Shown: one piece after another, positions 1 through 12,866 of the stretch | Position numbering within the stretch: position 1 is the first letter of the stretch | How the letters are laid out: every line of letters begins with the position of its first letter | Source: Paraspadella gotoi | Taxonomy: Eukaryota; Animalia; Chaetognatha | Assembly (NCBI GenBank): GCA_051294375.1 | Contig: CM119267.1 | Coordinates: 20,213,476 to 20,277,475, forward strand | Reading direction: 5' to 3' | DNA: 64,000 nucleotides | The notes under the pieces: model-generated | What the model was told of the DNA's origin: nothing | The model's database searches: none | The model's input: only the letters and a program-made list of their open reading frames with translations | Program-made: the position numbers and the translations under genes

Positions 1-650
1 TTAATTATTTAATTAATTAGGCAATAATTAATTGATCCAAAATGTTTGTTTTGATTGATTGGACTGATTAATTAATTAATTGATAAATTAATTGCCTAAT
101 TGATTATTAACTGATTAATAATTTTATTAATTATATTCCATCTTCAGAATTTACATTTTAAAGAAAAAGAAAAAGAAGCATAATCTTAAGCATAAAACAG
201 GTTTTTGTTTTTCTCACATTTAAACATCATTTTCCACTCCAACGATTCCATCGAAACTTGAAATTTCCAGTTTAAATCACAACTTTCTACCACATACAAA
301 ATTTCACGTAAGCTCCCATCAAATAGTGAAATATATTTTTTGTTTTCCATAAAACTCATTTCCACCTCGGACGATCCATCAAACCTCATATCCAGCTCAA
401 GCACACACTTCCCTACCCCACACACAAAATATTTCATTCCAATCCAATCCATCCAATCACGAGTAATTTGTATTTTTGTTTAGAGGTGGGACGGACGGAC
501 GGACATCATTTTTTTTTGGGATAATTTTCATAATTTGATTTCTGGACATGATATAATGACCATGGCCCGTCAAGATGTGAGTGGGCGACCACACCCGACC
601 CAAAGTAAATTATAAAGTCGGCGATCTCTGAAAGCAGACCAACCAAAAAA
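1..650 (-). mobile_element. DINE-1/Helentron-associated (HINE)-like non-autonomous element, runs off the left edge of the window
   Basis: On the minus strand: T-run, short imperfect hairpin, then ...AAAAATGATGTCCGTCCGTCC ((GGAC)4 at 489-504), two tandem ~115-bp core units (GAAATTTTG...AAGTTTCGATGGAATCG...GTGGAAATGAGTTT) and a TTAA-rich tract (1-135). Clearly homologous to 41241-41630. The layout matches published DINE-1/HINE architecture. Confidence 0.6.
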
Positions 651-1149
651 ATAAAAAGAAAAAGTGAACGAGAAAAAAAGAACGAAATTAAAACCTGAAT
701 ATTTGCGAGAAGACGAGACGAGCCACCACCCCAAAATCGTGGTTTTCGGAACCAATCAACCTCAGACGGAATGCCAGTCAAGTAGCGCAGGAAGAAAACT
801 TTTTCATTGGACAAATAAAACGATCAAGCAGAAGGAAGAGAGAGATAGCTAATATTGTAATTTTAAAAGAGAGAGAATAGAGAGAGAGAATAAAATAAAA
901 TGAGGGGGAAATTTGTTAATTTTTATTTTATTTTTATAATTTTATATAAAATATTTCTCATTCTCTAATTATTTCTTTTTTTTTTCATTTTTTTTTTTTT
1001 TTTATTTTTTTTTTTATATATTTTTCTTTTTAAAACAGTAAACCAAACATATTAATAACTGTCCCACCCCCAATTTCAAGGACCTCGGACAACAACGCAA
1101 CAACGACGATGACGACGCCCATTTATTACAACGTTAAAAATACAAATTA

Positions 1150-1400
1150 AATTTAATAAACTCAAATGATCTTTACTTTCTAATTAAAACTTACTCCACT
1201 AGCTGATTCCATTGAAATTTGAATTCCAGCCTCAATGAACCAGTTTTTTAATCACGGACAAAATTTCAACTCAAATTGAATTTATCAAACATAAGTAATA
1301 AGACTTGAAAGGTATGGGAGAAAAGACGGAAGACAGACAGATGGACAGACAAATGTTTAAAGTTTTTGATTATCAAACTGACAAGCTTAAACAAAGGAGA
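1150..1400 (-). mobile_element. diverged fragment of the same HINE-like family
   Basis: GACA-type microsatellite at ~1331-1350. The minus strand then reads TTGAAATTTTGTCCG...AAATTTCAATGGAATCAGCTAGTGGAGTAAGTTTT, similar to the core unit in 1-650 and 41241-41630. Confidence 0.4.
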
Positions 1401-2349
1401 TTTCTGACTGCCATTTGTTTTTTTAAGAAGATATGTTTATCCCACGATTATAGAATAAAACCAATCTTCTTTATTAGTTTGAATTCTGACGACATTTATG
1501 TTATTTAACTGTAATCTGAGAGCATTAAAAAGATTTTGCATTAATTTTTATAATAACATTCACGGAGTACATGACCTAGGATGAGAAAAATAAAAAATGA
1601 AAAAATCAATAATGAAATTTCTTTTTTATAACTGCATAGTTTATTCTACGAGACTGTACATCGCGTCTTAAACCTCTTATTTCTTTAGACCCCGTTCTTT
1701 CTTTGTTTTCTCATTTTCTTTAATTTAGCAAAGTATTTTAGAAATAGATACCCAATTGTTGACCAGGACTAAGACGACACGAAGAAGCGTGCGGTTTGAA
1801 TTTCCCGTCCCGTCCCAATTGCTTCTTTCTTTTTCGTCCCATTTCAGGAAACCGGATGATCCAGTTCGTTGACCCGATTTCAGAACGAGATTCGCCAATG
1901 TCCCGGCTTGTTTTATGACACAAAAGGCAATGCGGTTGCTTCTTTAAAATGTTAGTGAGATAGTCGAGACTTTTATAACTTATAAAAGCTTGTACTATTG
2001 TCAATAAATTATAAAATGTCAGATAAAAAAAACTTTAAAATACGATAAACAAATTTGTGTTTTGTAGATCTTCCCAGAAGACAATACTGACTAGTGAAAA
2101 TAAATTTCAAATTTACTTAAATTATAAAATATAAAATATATTTAACTTTATATAATTTTTTTATAATATAGTTTAATAAAGTAATACAAATAATTTTGCA
2201 ATTTTCGTAGCAAATCTGTCGTCATTTCGATTGAAAAAAAAACCCTCTATTTTCCATCATTTATAAAAGTTAAATTTTTTTTTTTTTTTTTTTTGGTTAA
2301 TAAAAGAACAAACGCAACCTCGTACTTTCGTCACGAGACATCAATCGCG

Positions 2350-2372
2350 ACCAAGAGAGAGAGAGAGAGAGA

Positions 2373-2420
<48 letters not shown>

Positions 2421-3206
2421 CAGCAGAGAAAGAGAGAGAGAGACGAGAGAGAAGCAGAGATCTAATTTCGAGTATACTGCCGCTCAGAATAAACAAAAAC
2501 GGAATTGATTAGGGTTTTATAAAGCGACGCTGACAATTCACAATAGTTTTTTTCTTTTCTTTTTTTTTTTGTTTGTTTATGCGAATCCTCGTCGCGGGTG
2601 TTCCTCGTCCACTCGAACTCGAGACTTTCCTGTCCGATCGATGAAGTGTTTTTTTTTAGGGGGAAAAACTGAGACAAAACAGACAACAAAACATGAAAAA
2701 AACACTTTGTTAAATCATTTATTAAGTATTCCTTATAATATTGATCACACCCAGGCAAAGCATGACGAAATGAGCCGAAAAAAAGAAAAGAATGATACTA
2801 ATCAGTGGAAAATGTTATTAAATTTGCAAACTAAACTGCGCGTGCGGGGATTTAACTTAAGCACCCGAGATAATAAAACTATTTGCTTGAAAATTTTAAA
2901 ATAAAAAACGAACTTGTTTTCTAAAAATATCGGTTAGTTAGATTTTGAGATTTTGTCACGAAACTTTACCATTTTTCAATAACTAAAAAAAACCGTAACT
3001 GTATTATGTAAAGTTTGTCTTCGTAATAAATGTTTTGTTAGAATAATAATAAAAAATATTCGCTTTTCTTTCTCCAAAACTCGTGACGCGCAAAGTTTGC
3101 ACAAAGTTAAAAAAAAGCGATCAACGAATATTGCCTGTCCCTTTAAAGTTATTTACATTTACAATTTCCGAAGCTCTCGAGCTGAACCCAGAATATTTAA
3201 CGATAA

Positions 3207-3272
<66 letters not shown>

Positions 3273-3601
3273 TAAAATTTGGAATGAAAATGAATAGGAG
3301 ATGACGTAAATAAAGGATATTTATCTGAATTTATCTGAATAGAAAATTGGAAAAAAAAGAATTTTTTCCTCAAAACTCATGATCTTCAAAGGACAAAAAT
3401 TTGTTGTGGAAAAAACCAAGAGAAAACTCATCAGATAGAAAAAACCGCGTTTGACTTTGCATGCAAAGATGGAGGGGAGGATAAGAGGGAGAAAGGGAGG
3501 GAGGATATGTTGAATAGAGAGAGAGAGAAAAAGAGGGAGAGTCAGGGAAAGTTGGAAAGAGAGACAATAGGGGAAAAAGACGTGGACAATATAAAGAAGA
3601 T
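2350..3601 (+). repeat. ~1.25-kb segment repeated directly at ~13820-15100
   Basis: Collinear matches, e.g. AATTGATTAGGGTTTTATAAAGC (~2503 and ~13953) and GACGTGGACAATATAAAGAAGAT (ending 3601 and 15100). Differences are mostly single-base indels. Confidence 0.95.
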
Positions 3602-3626
3602 NNNNNNNNNNNNNNNNNNNNNNNNN
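3602..3626. other. 25-N placeholder gap (also 18223-18247, 26236-26260, 34644-34668, 54872-54896)
   Basis: Five gaps of exactly 25 N. The other gaps are variable-sized: 18512-18723, 22309-22454, 23181-23584, 23916-24217, 34768-34975. Confidence 0.95.
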
Positions 3627-3914
3627 AGAATGTCATTCATTTATTTCAAAAATAAATATTAACGTGCTCTAACCTTAATATAAGCTAACGAAAAATGTTG
3701 TCAAAACGGTTTAGAACGTTTTTTTCCCTTTTAAAACTTCAAGGTGTGAAAGCTCGAGAAAGCCTCTTGACCCTGCGAAAACGGAATATCCTCGTCTTTA
3801 TTTAGGAGTGACTTCTTCGTATCCTCCTTCCTTCTTCTCCTCATTTTCGACGTCTCGTCGCCAAGAGAGAAGTGAATCCATCATCCGGGACGACACTCGT
3901 CACAATCCAACCTT

Positions 3915-4275
3915 CGCGCCACTCTTTGATGGATGATTATCGCCCTATAATCGAATCGCACGCCCACTCTGATTGGTTATATCCGTTCTATACAGCGTGA
4001 ATCCGTCACGGCCCACGCCATTGAGGTATGAATATCACCCATTAAAGCTAAATCGTATGCCTACTTGATTGGTTTATAGTCGTCTCTTATAAGCTGAATC
4101 GCGTCCAGCACTTTATTGATATTTGATATATTCGCTCCCTTAAATCTGAATCGTCCCGCCCATCTGATTCGTTTAAATCGCCCGCCCTTAAATTTCTGAA
4201 ATCATCACACGCCCACTTGATTGGTTTATATGGCCTCTTATTACTGATATTACGCCGTCTTTTGATCGATATCTC
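3915..4275 (-). repeat. noisy mirror copy of the 46-bp CCAAT-containing minisatellite
   Basis: Recurrent GCCCACT(C/T)TGATTGGTT(T)ATA and CTGAATCG motifs; reverse complement of 21330-21680. Confidence 0.8.
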
Positions 4276-5942
4276 CCTCCAAAACTTATTCACCGCCTCC
4301 ACTCCATTAATTTATATCGGCCCTTCAAAAATCCGAATCTTTTCCGCCCCTTCTATTGATTTCTTGAAAATGTGAATCCAAAAAGAGAGTGATACAAAAT
4401 GAGAAGATGAGAGAGAGAGTAGAGAGAGGAGAGGAGAGAAGAGACGAGAGAGAGAGAGAGAAGGAGAGAAGAGAGAGAGAGAGATTAACTCAGATATTAA
4501 AAATTTATAAGGAAAAAATCAAAATCCTTCAAATCTCCTTCCAACTTCAAATCCGTCTTCTCCTCTACCCACCCAATTTTCGCACTCCATCTTACCTTCT
4601 TCGAATCGAATTCGTCGCGATTATCGTCGTCAGCGGAATTACGACGAAATCAACGACATCGCGCCCCCGCAGCCGCCGTTGCCGCAGCCGCCGTGCGCCG
4701 CACAGTTCGACGCCATCGTCGCCGTTGTCCCTCCCGCGGAGCATGGCGCCACGATTCCATTCCGGCGGATCAAATCGAATTCGTGTCGACGAACGCCAGA
4801 AAATCATTTTACTCGCCAATGGTTTCTTTTTTTCTCCTTCTTTAAAAAATATCAAACTCTACAACGTTCTTGACGCGGCATTCGTCGACGTCTCCGCTGA
4901 GAACGCCCCGGTAAATTATTTACTATTTATTATTATTCGTTTATTATATAGTGGTTGAGCGCATTGACCCCGTCATCATTGATTTTTTCGCAATCGCTTT
5001 TCCCCGGTCGCATATCCGGCCGTTTGCCTAAAGTTCCCCGCCGCTTATCGCCGCCGCTTTTCGCAGCAACTTTCGCCGCGACTTTTCGCCGCTCGGCTCC
5101 ATCTCCCGCCACGGATTCGCGCTGACGTCCGCGATTTTCCCGGCGGCGAATTCGCCCCGCAGCGTCATCGGATTTTTACGAACTTTGGAGAGATCACTAG
5201 CCGCCGCCCGCCAATGTCGGCGCTTCGCCTACGAAATCGTTTCCATGGCACATGTCTCGATTTTCTCCGTCGTCAAATGACCGTCCGTCGTCGTCGTCGT
5301 CTCGTCGTTCGTCGTCATAGAGACGACCACGAACTTTTCTCTGCGATTATTTCCTTCTTCATTTTTGGTCGATCACTTTTGTCTTCATTTCATTGCCTTC
5401 AATTTTAATTGAACGTTTTGTTTTTTTTTGCCAGAAGTGTGACTCATGCCAGGCAACTAGTCAGGCCACGCCATCGACCGCCACCCCACTCGCCAGACTA
5501 CGCCTCCGACAGCAACGACACACTTCTTGCCAGTCAAGCTTCCGCCGCCCAAAAATTCCGCGATTTTATTTCGAGCCTCGTCCCATCAGATGGCGCCTTC
5601 AAATGGAAGTTCGTTCGACTACTTCGACGAAACGTGTCGCTGAACGTCACCTATAACTATTGCTTGACGTTTGGGATCGCCCGTAAACCGCATCGACCGC
5701 CCGCGCCCGCCGACGCTCTCTAGTCTCTCTCTCTCTCTTCTCTTCTCTCTCTCTCTCTTTCCTCTCTCTTCTCTCTCTCTCTCTCTCTCTCTCTGCTTCT
5801 CTCTCTCTCTCTCTCTTTCAAAATCGGCACCGATTTGTCGCGCTTAAAAAAAAGAAGAAAGATTACACGCCGGAATTCGCGTTCCCCCGGCGTCGAAATC
5901 CTCACGTTATTTTTCCGGCGTCAACAAATGGTCGCATTATAG

Positions 5943-6358
5943 GAAAAATAAAAGACGAACGACGAACGGCGTCGTCTTTCGTTCGTCGCTATCGTCGTCG
6001 TCGACGTCGCGGCGGCGCAAGCGAAACGCGTCGCCTTCGCGCGTTCGGAACTCGGATTCGCCGCGGCGTTCGCCGGCTTCGCCGCCGCTGCCGACGCCGG
6101 CCTTCGGCCCCGACCTTTCACCGCCGCTCGCGTTTTTCGTCGCCTTCGATCGAAACAGCGCCGTTTTCTCGCGCCTCGGCCGAAAAGGACCCGGAGCGGA
6201 TCGAGGGAAGATGCTCTCGCTCGAGATTGGGAAAGAACTCCGCGTGCGCTCGAGGAAGGTCGGCACGTGCGCGGGCCGAGAAGATGCGGCGCGGTGGAAA
6301 AGAGGATTACGTGCGCGAGGATTCGGACGTCGATGAGGAAGGGGAAATAAATTCGAGG
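5943..6358 (+). pseudogene. frameshifted (probably sequencing-error) mirror copy of candidate exon 19293-19703
   Basis: Same AG acceptor and G|GTGAGT donor as the other copy, but with several 1-nt indels. Confidence 0.3.
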
Positions 6359-6952
6359 GTGAGTGAGACGAGGGTACGGGGAGATGGGTGAGGCTTCTAA
6401 TGATAAAGTGCCAATGGGTGTGAAAGTAATACGTATCCCGAGTGAAAAGGGGGGGAAATGAGTGTCAGAAACCAACTGTTAAGGGAGCGATCGATGAATG
6501 AACACAAACGCGATAAAGACGAAGTGACTCGGCGGGATATCGAGCGATAAAAACGACGGAGGGGTAGGAGCGAGGAGGTCAGTCACCGAAGCGTCTGCCG
6601 AGCGGGAGAGTAAGTAAACTGCGTTTTCTGTGACATAAAAAAGTAAGAGATGGCGCTCGGAGATACTATATAAAGAAAGATGGCGAAAGAAGAGGAAGGA
6701 GTCGTTAAGAGGGAAGAGAAAAAAGAAGTTGCACGACTACGAAGACGACGGACGATGACGGAAAAACGACTTTCGTTTCATCGATCGTCAGCGGAAATTA
6801 ATCGTATTGCAAATGTAAACAACAAACCGAAACTCTCGAAGATGGAATGGACGCGAACGAAATCCGCCCTTCGGCGCGAAGCTGTTTAGTGATTGTTCTC
6901 CTGCGAGGACAGACATTGTCGCTGAAGAGACGGAGATACGTCGATTTATATA

Positions 6953-6988
<36 letters not shown>

Positions 6989-8591
6989 AGAGGAGAGAGA
7001 GAGAGGAGAGGAGGAGGAGAGGAAAGAGAGGAGAGAGGAGAGAGAAAGATATAGAAAGTGGATAGAATGAGGAAAAATATTTAGAGAATTATGAGAGATG
7101 AGAGGAAAATAATCAAAAAATATGAAAAAAATAACGACAGGGACTCGGAAACAGAATAAATATCACGAAGAAATAAAAATAGAAGATGGAGGAAATTAAA
7201 GAAGAAAGAAAGAAAAAGAAGAAAAAAAAGAAAGAAAGAAAGAATAAAGAAAAGAAGAAAGACTAACGGAGAAATTAAAGTAAAAGAAAGCGGGAAAGAA
7301 AAAAAGGGCTGTATTTGTTTATTTCTTTATGATAGTGTCTGTGATACAAACCCAACTCCTGAAAAAATGAAGTGAGATTAGATGAGAGAGAGAGGGAGAG
7401 GAAGAGGAGAGAGAGGGGAGAGAGGAGAGGAGAGAGAGAGAGAAGAGAGAGAAGAGAGACGAGAGAGAAGAGAGAGAGAGAAGAGAGAGAAAGAGCCAAG
7501 CCTAAGTTCAACATTTGAATTTATGTTGTCGTCTTCTTCGTCTTCGTCGTCGTCGTCGTCCGCCATCGGCGATCTTTATGCTTTTCTCCCCGCTTTTCCT
7601 CTTGTCAGCGGGAAATCGCCTTCATTTTTTTTTTTCTGCTTTCGAGTTTCTTGTTCATAGGGCGAAAGGGAATCGCCGTGCTTTTCTCGCGCGTCGGAAA
7701 AAGATTGTTAACGACGGTGGATCATTAGTCGGAACTTGGTCGGAACGTTGGTTTCCTGGTCGGAATTATGGCGAAAGTACACCGGGTGGGACCATATATC
7801 GAGAGGCAAAATTTAAAAAAATCATTACTCTTAAAACTCTTAATGATTTATAAAATCTGAACAAAATATTCGTATAATACTCTTTCTTAGCTTTTAGACA
7901 TTTATTTATTGTCGGTTTCTCCGACTGTTGGAAAAAAAAGTTTGATTACTTATTTTTAATCTCAATCGAAGGCATAACAGTTAAAAAATATTTTTTGAAA
8001 CTCTACACTTATTGTAGTATTGTTATAATTAATGCCTCTTGGTGGAAAAAAAATTTCCAAAGAAGCAAGTAAGGTTCGTTAAGTACTGTTATGCGTTTGT
8101 TTTTTATTAAACTTACTTTTATTAAAAATTATTTAACGATATTATCAGATAATTAATTAACCTGTAAGATATCTGAATGCATAATAAAAAGGTCAAAATG
8201 GTAAGAAATACATTAAAGTATTTGGACGATTTAACATATAATTAAATTTTTCCTAAAATTTTTTGTTTTACTTCACCTGCAAAAAAAAATTAAATAAGTT
8301 TATTTAGTTAGTGATGAAAAGCTTAAATCATGGTAATTTGAGATAAGACGTAACACTGTATATTCCAGAAACGGACCAACTTAAAAATATTAAAAAGTAT
8401 GGCATTTATTGTATGCAATACATACGCGCGCATAAAACGACTAATCGGAAAATTGTGGGATCGCGGCTTTGTTACAAACTAATGAACTGACAAGTTAATA
8501 ACTGAACAGGGATGAAATGGTGAAACAAATTATCAGTGAAATAAAAAAGGAACAAAAAAAAAAAAAAAACAACAATCGACGATTGTTTAAA

Positions 8592-8840
8592 ACAGCAGAA
8601 CAAGCAGCCATCGAAACAGCCGAAAGAACAGCCGAACGAAACAGCCGTCGAAACAGCCATCGAAACAGCCGACGAATCATCCGACGAAAAACCGACGAAA
8701 CAGCCGAAGAAGCAGCCAATGAAACAGCCGAACGAAAAATCCGACGAAACAGCGAAGAACAGCCGACGAAACATCGACGTAACAGCGTCGAAACAGGTCG
8801 ACCAAACAACGACGAAACAACCGACGCAAACAGGCCGACG
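8592..8840 (+). repeat. 12-bp minisatellite (CAGCCGACGAAA)n, ~20 degenerate units; inverted copies at ~11815-12058 and ~16725-16962
   Basis: Directly visible periodicity: acagccgtcgaa-acagccatcgaa-acagccgacgaa... Confidence 0.9.
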
Positions 8841-10378
8841 CACGGATCGAGACTGAAACGGAAACCGGGATTGATCTGAATCAACCGTTGTGTCCATGGG
8901 CGGAAAAGAGAAACTGACGCTTTGCAACGCGATGTTCTACGGTGGCGCGGGAGGGATGGAACGGGGGTGAGGAGGGGAATGAGAAGTGGGGAGGGGTGGG
9001 GGAATAGCAGGGGGCGGGGGAGGGCATCGGAAGTGGTGAAATTGAGAGTCGAGTTGTGAGAAGGGAAGGAGGGAGGAATGGTGAAGAAGGGCAACGATTT
9101 GTAGCCCTATGGTTCTTCCCCCAAAAGCGCCCCACTTTAGTTTAATGAAATTGGTAAAACCTAATATAGAAATTATCTTATTCATTTAATAAAATAAGCT
9201 ATCTCGAGCGCCAGACTTTGGACAGCGCTTTGGTGGGTTTCAGGCCTCCATCACTCTGTTAAAGATATGGCATAGCAAGGTCCCTGCAATCTTTTCCTTA
9301 AGACACTCTCACAGATCGTTATTCATCCAGAGTACCTGGGTTTCCCTTTAATGAAGTGGTATAATGTTTCAAAGAATGTTTCACATTGTATGAGAATGAA
9401 GAGAATATGAGAATTAATGTAAGTTTTTAAGTATAAAACGATTAGGTTAGGGTTAAAAGAATCGGTTAGGGGTTAGTTATAGGGGGTTTAAGTAGTATTA
9501 GTGTTTAGAATTAGAATTTAGGTTGTTAAAAGATGCCTTCGTGAATGAGGAAAAGGTTCGAAGAAAGTGAAGGGTTATGTAGCAAGAGTTGGTGAAAAAG
9601 CCCGTGAGAGAATGTGAGGACCGAGCTGAGAAAAAAGAGGCGGGAGTTAATGGATGGAGAGAAAGTAAAAGTTAATGTCGCGTTTGAAAAAAAAGGAGAC
9701 ATGGTTGGGTTTCGATGGTGGGATTGAAAACAACAGAACAAAACATAACAAAACAAAAATAGTAGGAGATAACGGACGATTTATGTTTGGAAGTTTTGTT
9801 TTTTTTTAATCTCCAACTCGAAAAAAAAAACAAAAACATAATTTCGTTAAATTCCGTTTTGTCGACAACGACGAAGACCAAACGACAACAACGACAACAA
9901 AAACTTTTTCCCATTCGCAGTCGCTTCCCTTTTGTTTTTTCTGTCGATTGCGCGGGAGAGGCGTTAATCAAATGCCAGCCGTCGCGACGCTCGGCGGTGA
10001 CGCGGGTTCCATCGCATTCTCGGTTCCATCATTCCTTTTTTTTTTCTGCTTTTCTCCGATTTACGTCAGGTTTTGGCGTCATGTTGTTCGCTTTCATTTC
10101 ATTTGTTTTTACGCCTTCGTTCTCTCGCCGCCGTCTCTCTTCACGTCGCCGTTACTTGCTCTTTCTTTCTTTTTTTCTTTTTTCTTTCTTTTTTCTTTCT
10201 CTTTCTTTCTTCTTTTCCTTCTTTCTTTCTTCTTCTTTCTTTCTTTCTTTTCTTTCTTTCTCTTCTCTTTTTTTACTCTCTATTTTTTCTTCTCTCTCTC
10301 CTAAAGCCGTATTGCATTAAATATTGTCTGATTGTTTCTTTCTTCATTTATTTCTCTCTCTCTCTCTTCTCTCTCTGT

Positions 10379-10460
<82 letters not shown>

Positions 10461-11137
10461 TCACAACATTGAAAGAAAGAAAGAAAAAAAGAAAAAAAGA
10501 AAGAAAGAGACAAGTAACGGCGACGTGAAGAGAGACGGCGGCGAGAGAAACGAAGGCGTAAAAACAAATGAATCGAAGCGACAGAAAATGACGCAAAACC
10601 TGACGTAAATCGGAGAGAAGAAGAAAAAAAAAGATGGAACCGAGATGCGATGGAACCGCGCGTCACTCGCCGAGCGTCGGCGACGGCTGGCGATTTGATT
10701 AACGCCTCTCCGCGCATCGACAGGAAAAACAAAAGGGAAGCGACTGGCGAATGGGAAAAAGTTTTTGTTGTCGTTGTTGTCGTTTGTCTTCGTCGTTGTC
10801 GACAAAACGGAATTTAACGAAATTTATGTTTTTGTTTTTTTTTTCGAGTTGGAGATTAAAAAAAAACAAAACTCCAAAACATAATCGTCGTTTATCTTCC
10901 TACCTATTTTTGTTTTGTTATGTTTTGTTCTGTTGTTTTCATCCACCATCGAAACCCAACCATTGGTCTCCTTTTTTTTTCACGCGACATTAACTTTTAC
11001 TTCTCTCACATCCATTAACTCCGCCTCTTTTTTCTCGCTTCGGTCTCACATTCTCTCACGGGCTCTTTCACCAACTCTTGCTACATACCCTTCACTTTCT
11101 TTCGAACCTTTTCTCATTCACGAAGGCATCTTTTAAC

Positions 11138-11542
11138 AACCCTAATTCTAATTCTTAACCCTAATACTTAACCCTATAACTAACCCCTAACCGATTCTTT
11201 AACCCTAACCTAATCGTTTTATACTTAAAAACTTACTTAATTCTCATATTCTCTTCATTCTCATACAATTGAAACATTCTTTGAAACATTATACCACTTC
11301 ATTGAAAGGGAAACCAGGTACTCTGGGAGTGAATAAACGAGTCTGTGAGAGTGTCTTGAAGGAAAGATTGCAGGGACTTGCTATGCCATTATCTTGTAAG
11401 AGTGATGGAGGCCTGAAACCACCAAAGCCTGTCCAAAGTCTGGCGCGAGATAGCTTATTTATTAAATGAATAGATAATTTCTATATTGGTTTTACCAATT
11501 TCATTAAACTAAAGTGGGGCGCTTTTGGGAAAACATAGGGCT
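11138..11542 (+). mobile_element. partial element with degenerate TAACCC-like repeats ending in GGGCGCTTTTGGGAAAACATAGGGC (copies ~16043-16450 and reverse ~9104-9525)
   Basis: The terminal motif resembles the TIR of the 30610-31305/35581-36196 element, and C-rich telomere-like repeats lie on the same side of it. No partner TIR was found. Confidence 0.4.
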
Positions 11543-12237
11543 ACAAATCGTTGCCCTATCTTCACCTTCCTCCCTCCTTCCTTCTCACCACTCGACTCTC
11601 AATTGTCACCCCCCCTTCCGATGCCCCTCCCCCGCCCCCCTTCTATTCCCCCACCCCCTCCCCACTTCTATTCCCCCTCCTCCACCCCCGTTCCATCCCT
11701 CCCGCGTCCACCGTCAGACATCGCGTTGGCAAAGCGTCAGTTTCTCTTCTTCCGCCCCATGACACAAACGTCGATTCCAGATCAGATCCCGGTTCCGTTT
11801 CAAGTCTCGATCCGTGCGTCGGCTGTTTCGTCGGTTGTTTCGTCGGTTGTTTGGTCGACTGTTTCGACGGCTGTTACGTCGGATGTTTTCGTCGGCTGTT
11901 TCTTCGGCTGTTTCGTCGGATTTTTCGTCGGCTGTTTCATTGGCTGCTTCTTCGGCTGTTTCGTCGGCTTTTTCGCGTCGGATGATTCGTCGGCTGTTTC
12001 GATGGCTGTTTCGACGGCTGTTTCGTCGGCTGTTCTTTCGGCTGTTTCGATGGCTGCTTTGTCTGGTTTTAACAATCGTCGATTCTGTTGTTTTTTTTTT
12101 TTGTTTATTTTTATTTCACTGATAATTTTGTTTTCACCATTTCATCCACTGTTCAGTTCATACTGTCACGTTCATTAGTTGCTAACAAGCCGTCGTTCCA
12201 CAAATTTTCCGATTTAGTCTGTTTCTATGCGCGCGTA

Positions 12238-12866
12238 CTATCTAGGAAAAAAAGTTAGAAACATTTTTAATTTGAGGATATCCTACTCGAAACTTGCCTC
12301 GATTTTTAAAAGTATCAGGATGTTTCAGATTCTACACTAATTCCTTTCAGTTGCTCCTTCCATTTTTCGTAGATCGCAACCGTATAGAAGTTAGAGGCAA
12401 AATAAGATTTGTACCTCAAGTGAAAAATGGCGGAAAAAATCGCCTTTAGTTTTCCACAATTCGTTGGTATTGAGTTTATTGTTTCTAAATTTCAAATTGA
12501 GTTAGTCATTTTTTTCATTTTTTTAAAATTTGGTTATGCCGAATAGACAGGCCCCTCTCTTTGGTTATAAAGGTGCAATTGTAGCTCTGAGAAAAGAAGG
12601 GAAAGACCGCAACAATTTCAATCAGCAATACAGACTTGAATCCCTCGATCCACCATTGCAAATTTTTTTAACGGCGATACAACAATCAAAAACTTTTGGT
12701 GTGTCAGCAGCTCTGGAGCAATGCCCAGACGGAATGCAGGCAGTGGTCGTGCCGAGGGAGGGCATACCAAATATTGAGAAATGTTTTTACCATGTTTTGT
12801 ATATTTTTTTATTGAATAAATGAACTTTTAAAAAAATGTTTCTTTCTAACTTTTTTCCTAGATAAG
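12238..12866 (+). mobile_element. Tc1/mariner-superfamily (Tc1-like) internally deleted non-autonomous DNA transposon
   Basis: TA|CTATCTAGGAAAAAAAGTTAGAAA...TTTCTAACTTTTTTCCTAGATAAG|TA, i.e. ~24-bp TIRs with TA on both sides (12236-12237 and 12867-12868). The empty site GCGCG-TA-TGTATTGCATAC is present at ~17136-17154 and, reversed, at ~8410-8430. Confidence 0.92.
12536..12777 (+). pseudogene. Tc1-type transposase remnant: N-terminal HTH fused to the C-terminal tail, DDE domain deleted
   Basis: Allowing 1-nt frameshifts it reads M...KGAIVALRKEGK...RLEIPRSTIANFL.RY..., then MPRRMQAVV.AEGGHTKY* (TGA at 12775-12777). This matches the Tc1-family C-terminal signature SMPxRxxAVIxAxGGxTKY. AATAAA follows at 12815-12820. 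Confidence 0.8.

Larger units (their letters stand above)
3627..10470 (+). repeat. left arm of a ~6.85-kb inverted repeat (right arm 15101-21957)
   Basis: AGAATGTCATTCATTTATTTCAAAA at 3627 is the reverse complement of the sequence ending at ~21957. TCACAACATT at 10461-10470 is the reverse complement of AATGTTGTGA at 15101. The arms are collinear in between. Confidence 0.95.

Noticed and set aside
506-2004. Short complex ORFs 506-814 and 1738-2004 (minus) as exons
   Set aside because: No recognisable homology and no convincing paired splice sites; the first overlaps a HINE-like element.
9445-9525. TTAGGG-like tracts as a true telomere or chromosome fusion site
   Set aside because: The tracts are short, degenerate and embedded in dispersed repeat units with a shared terminal motif.
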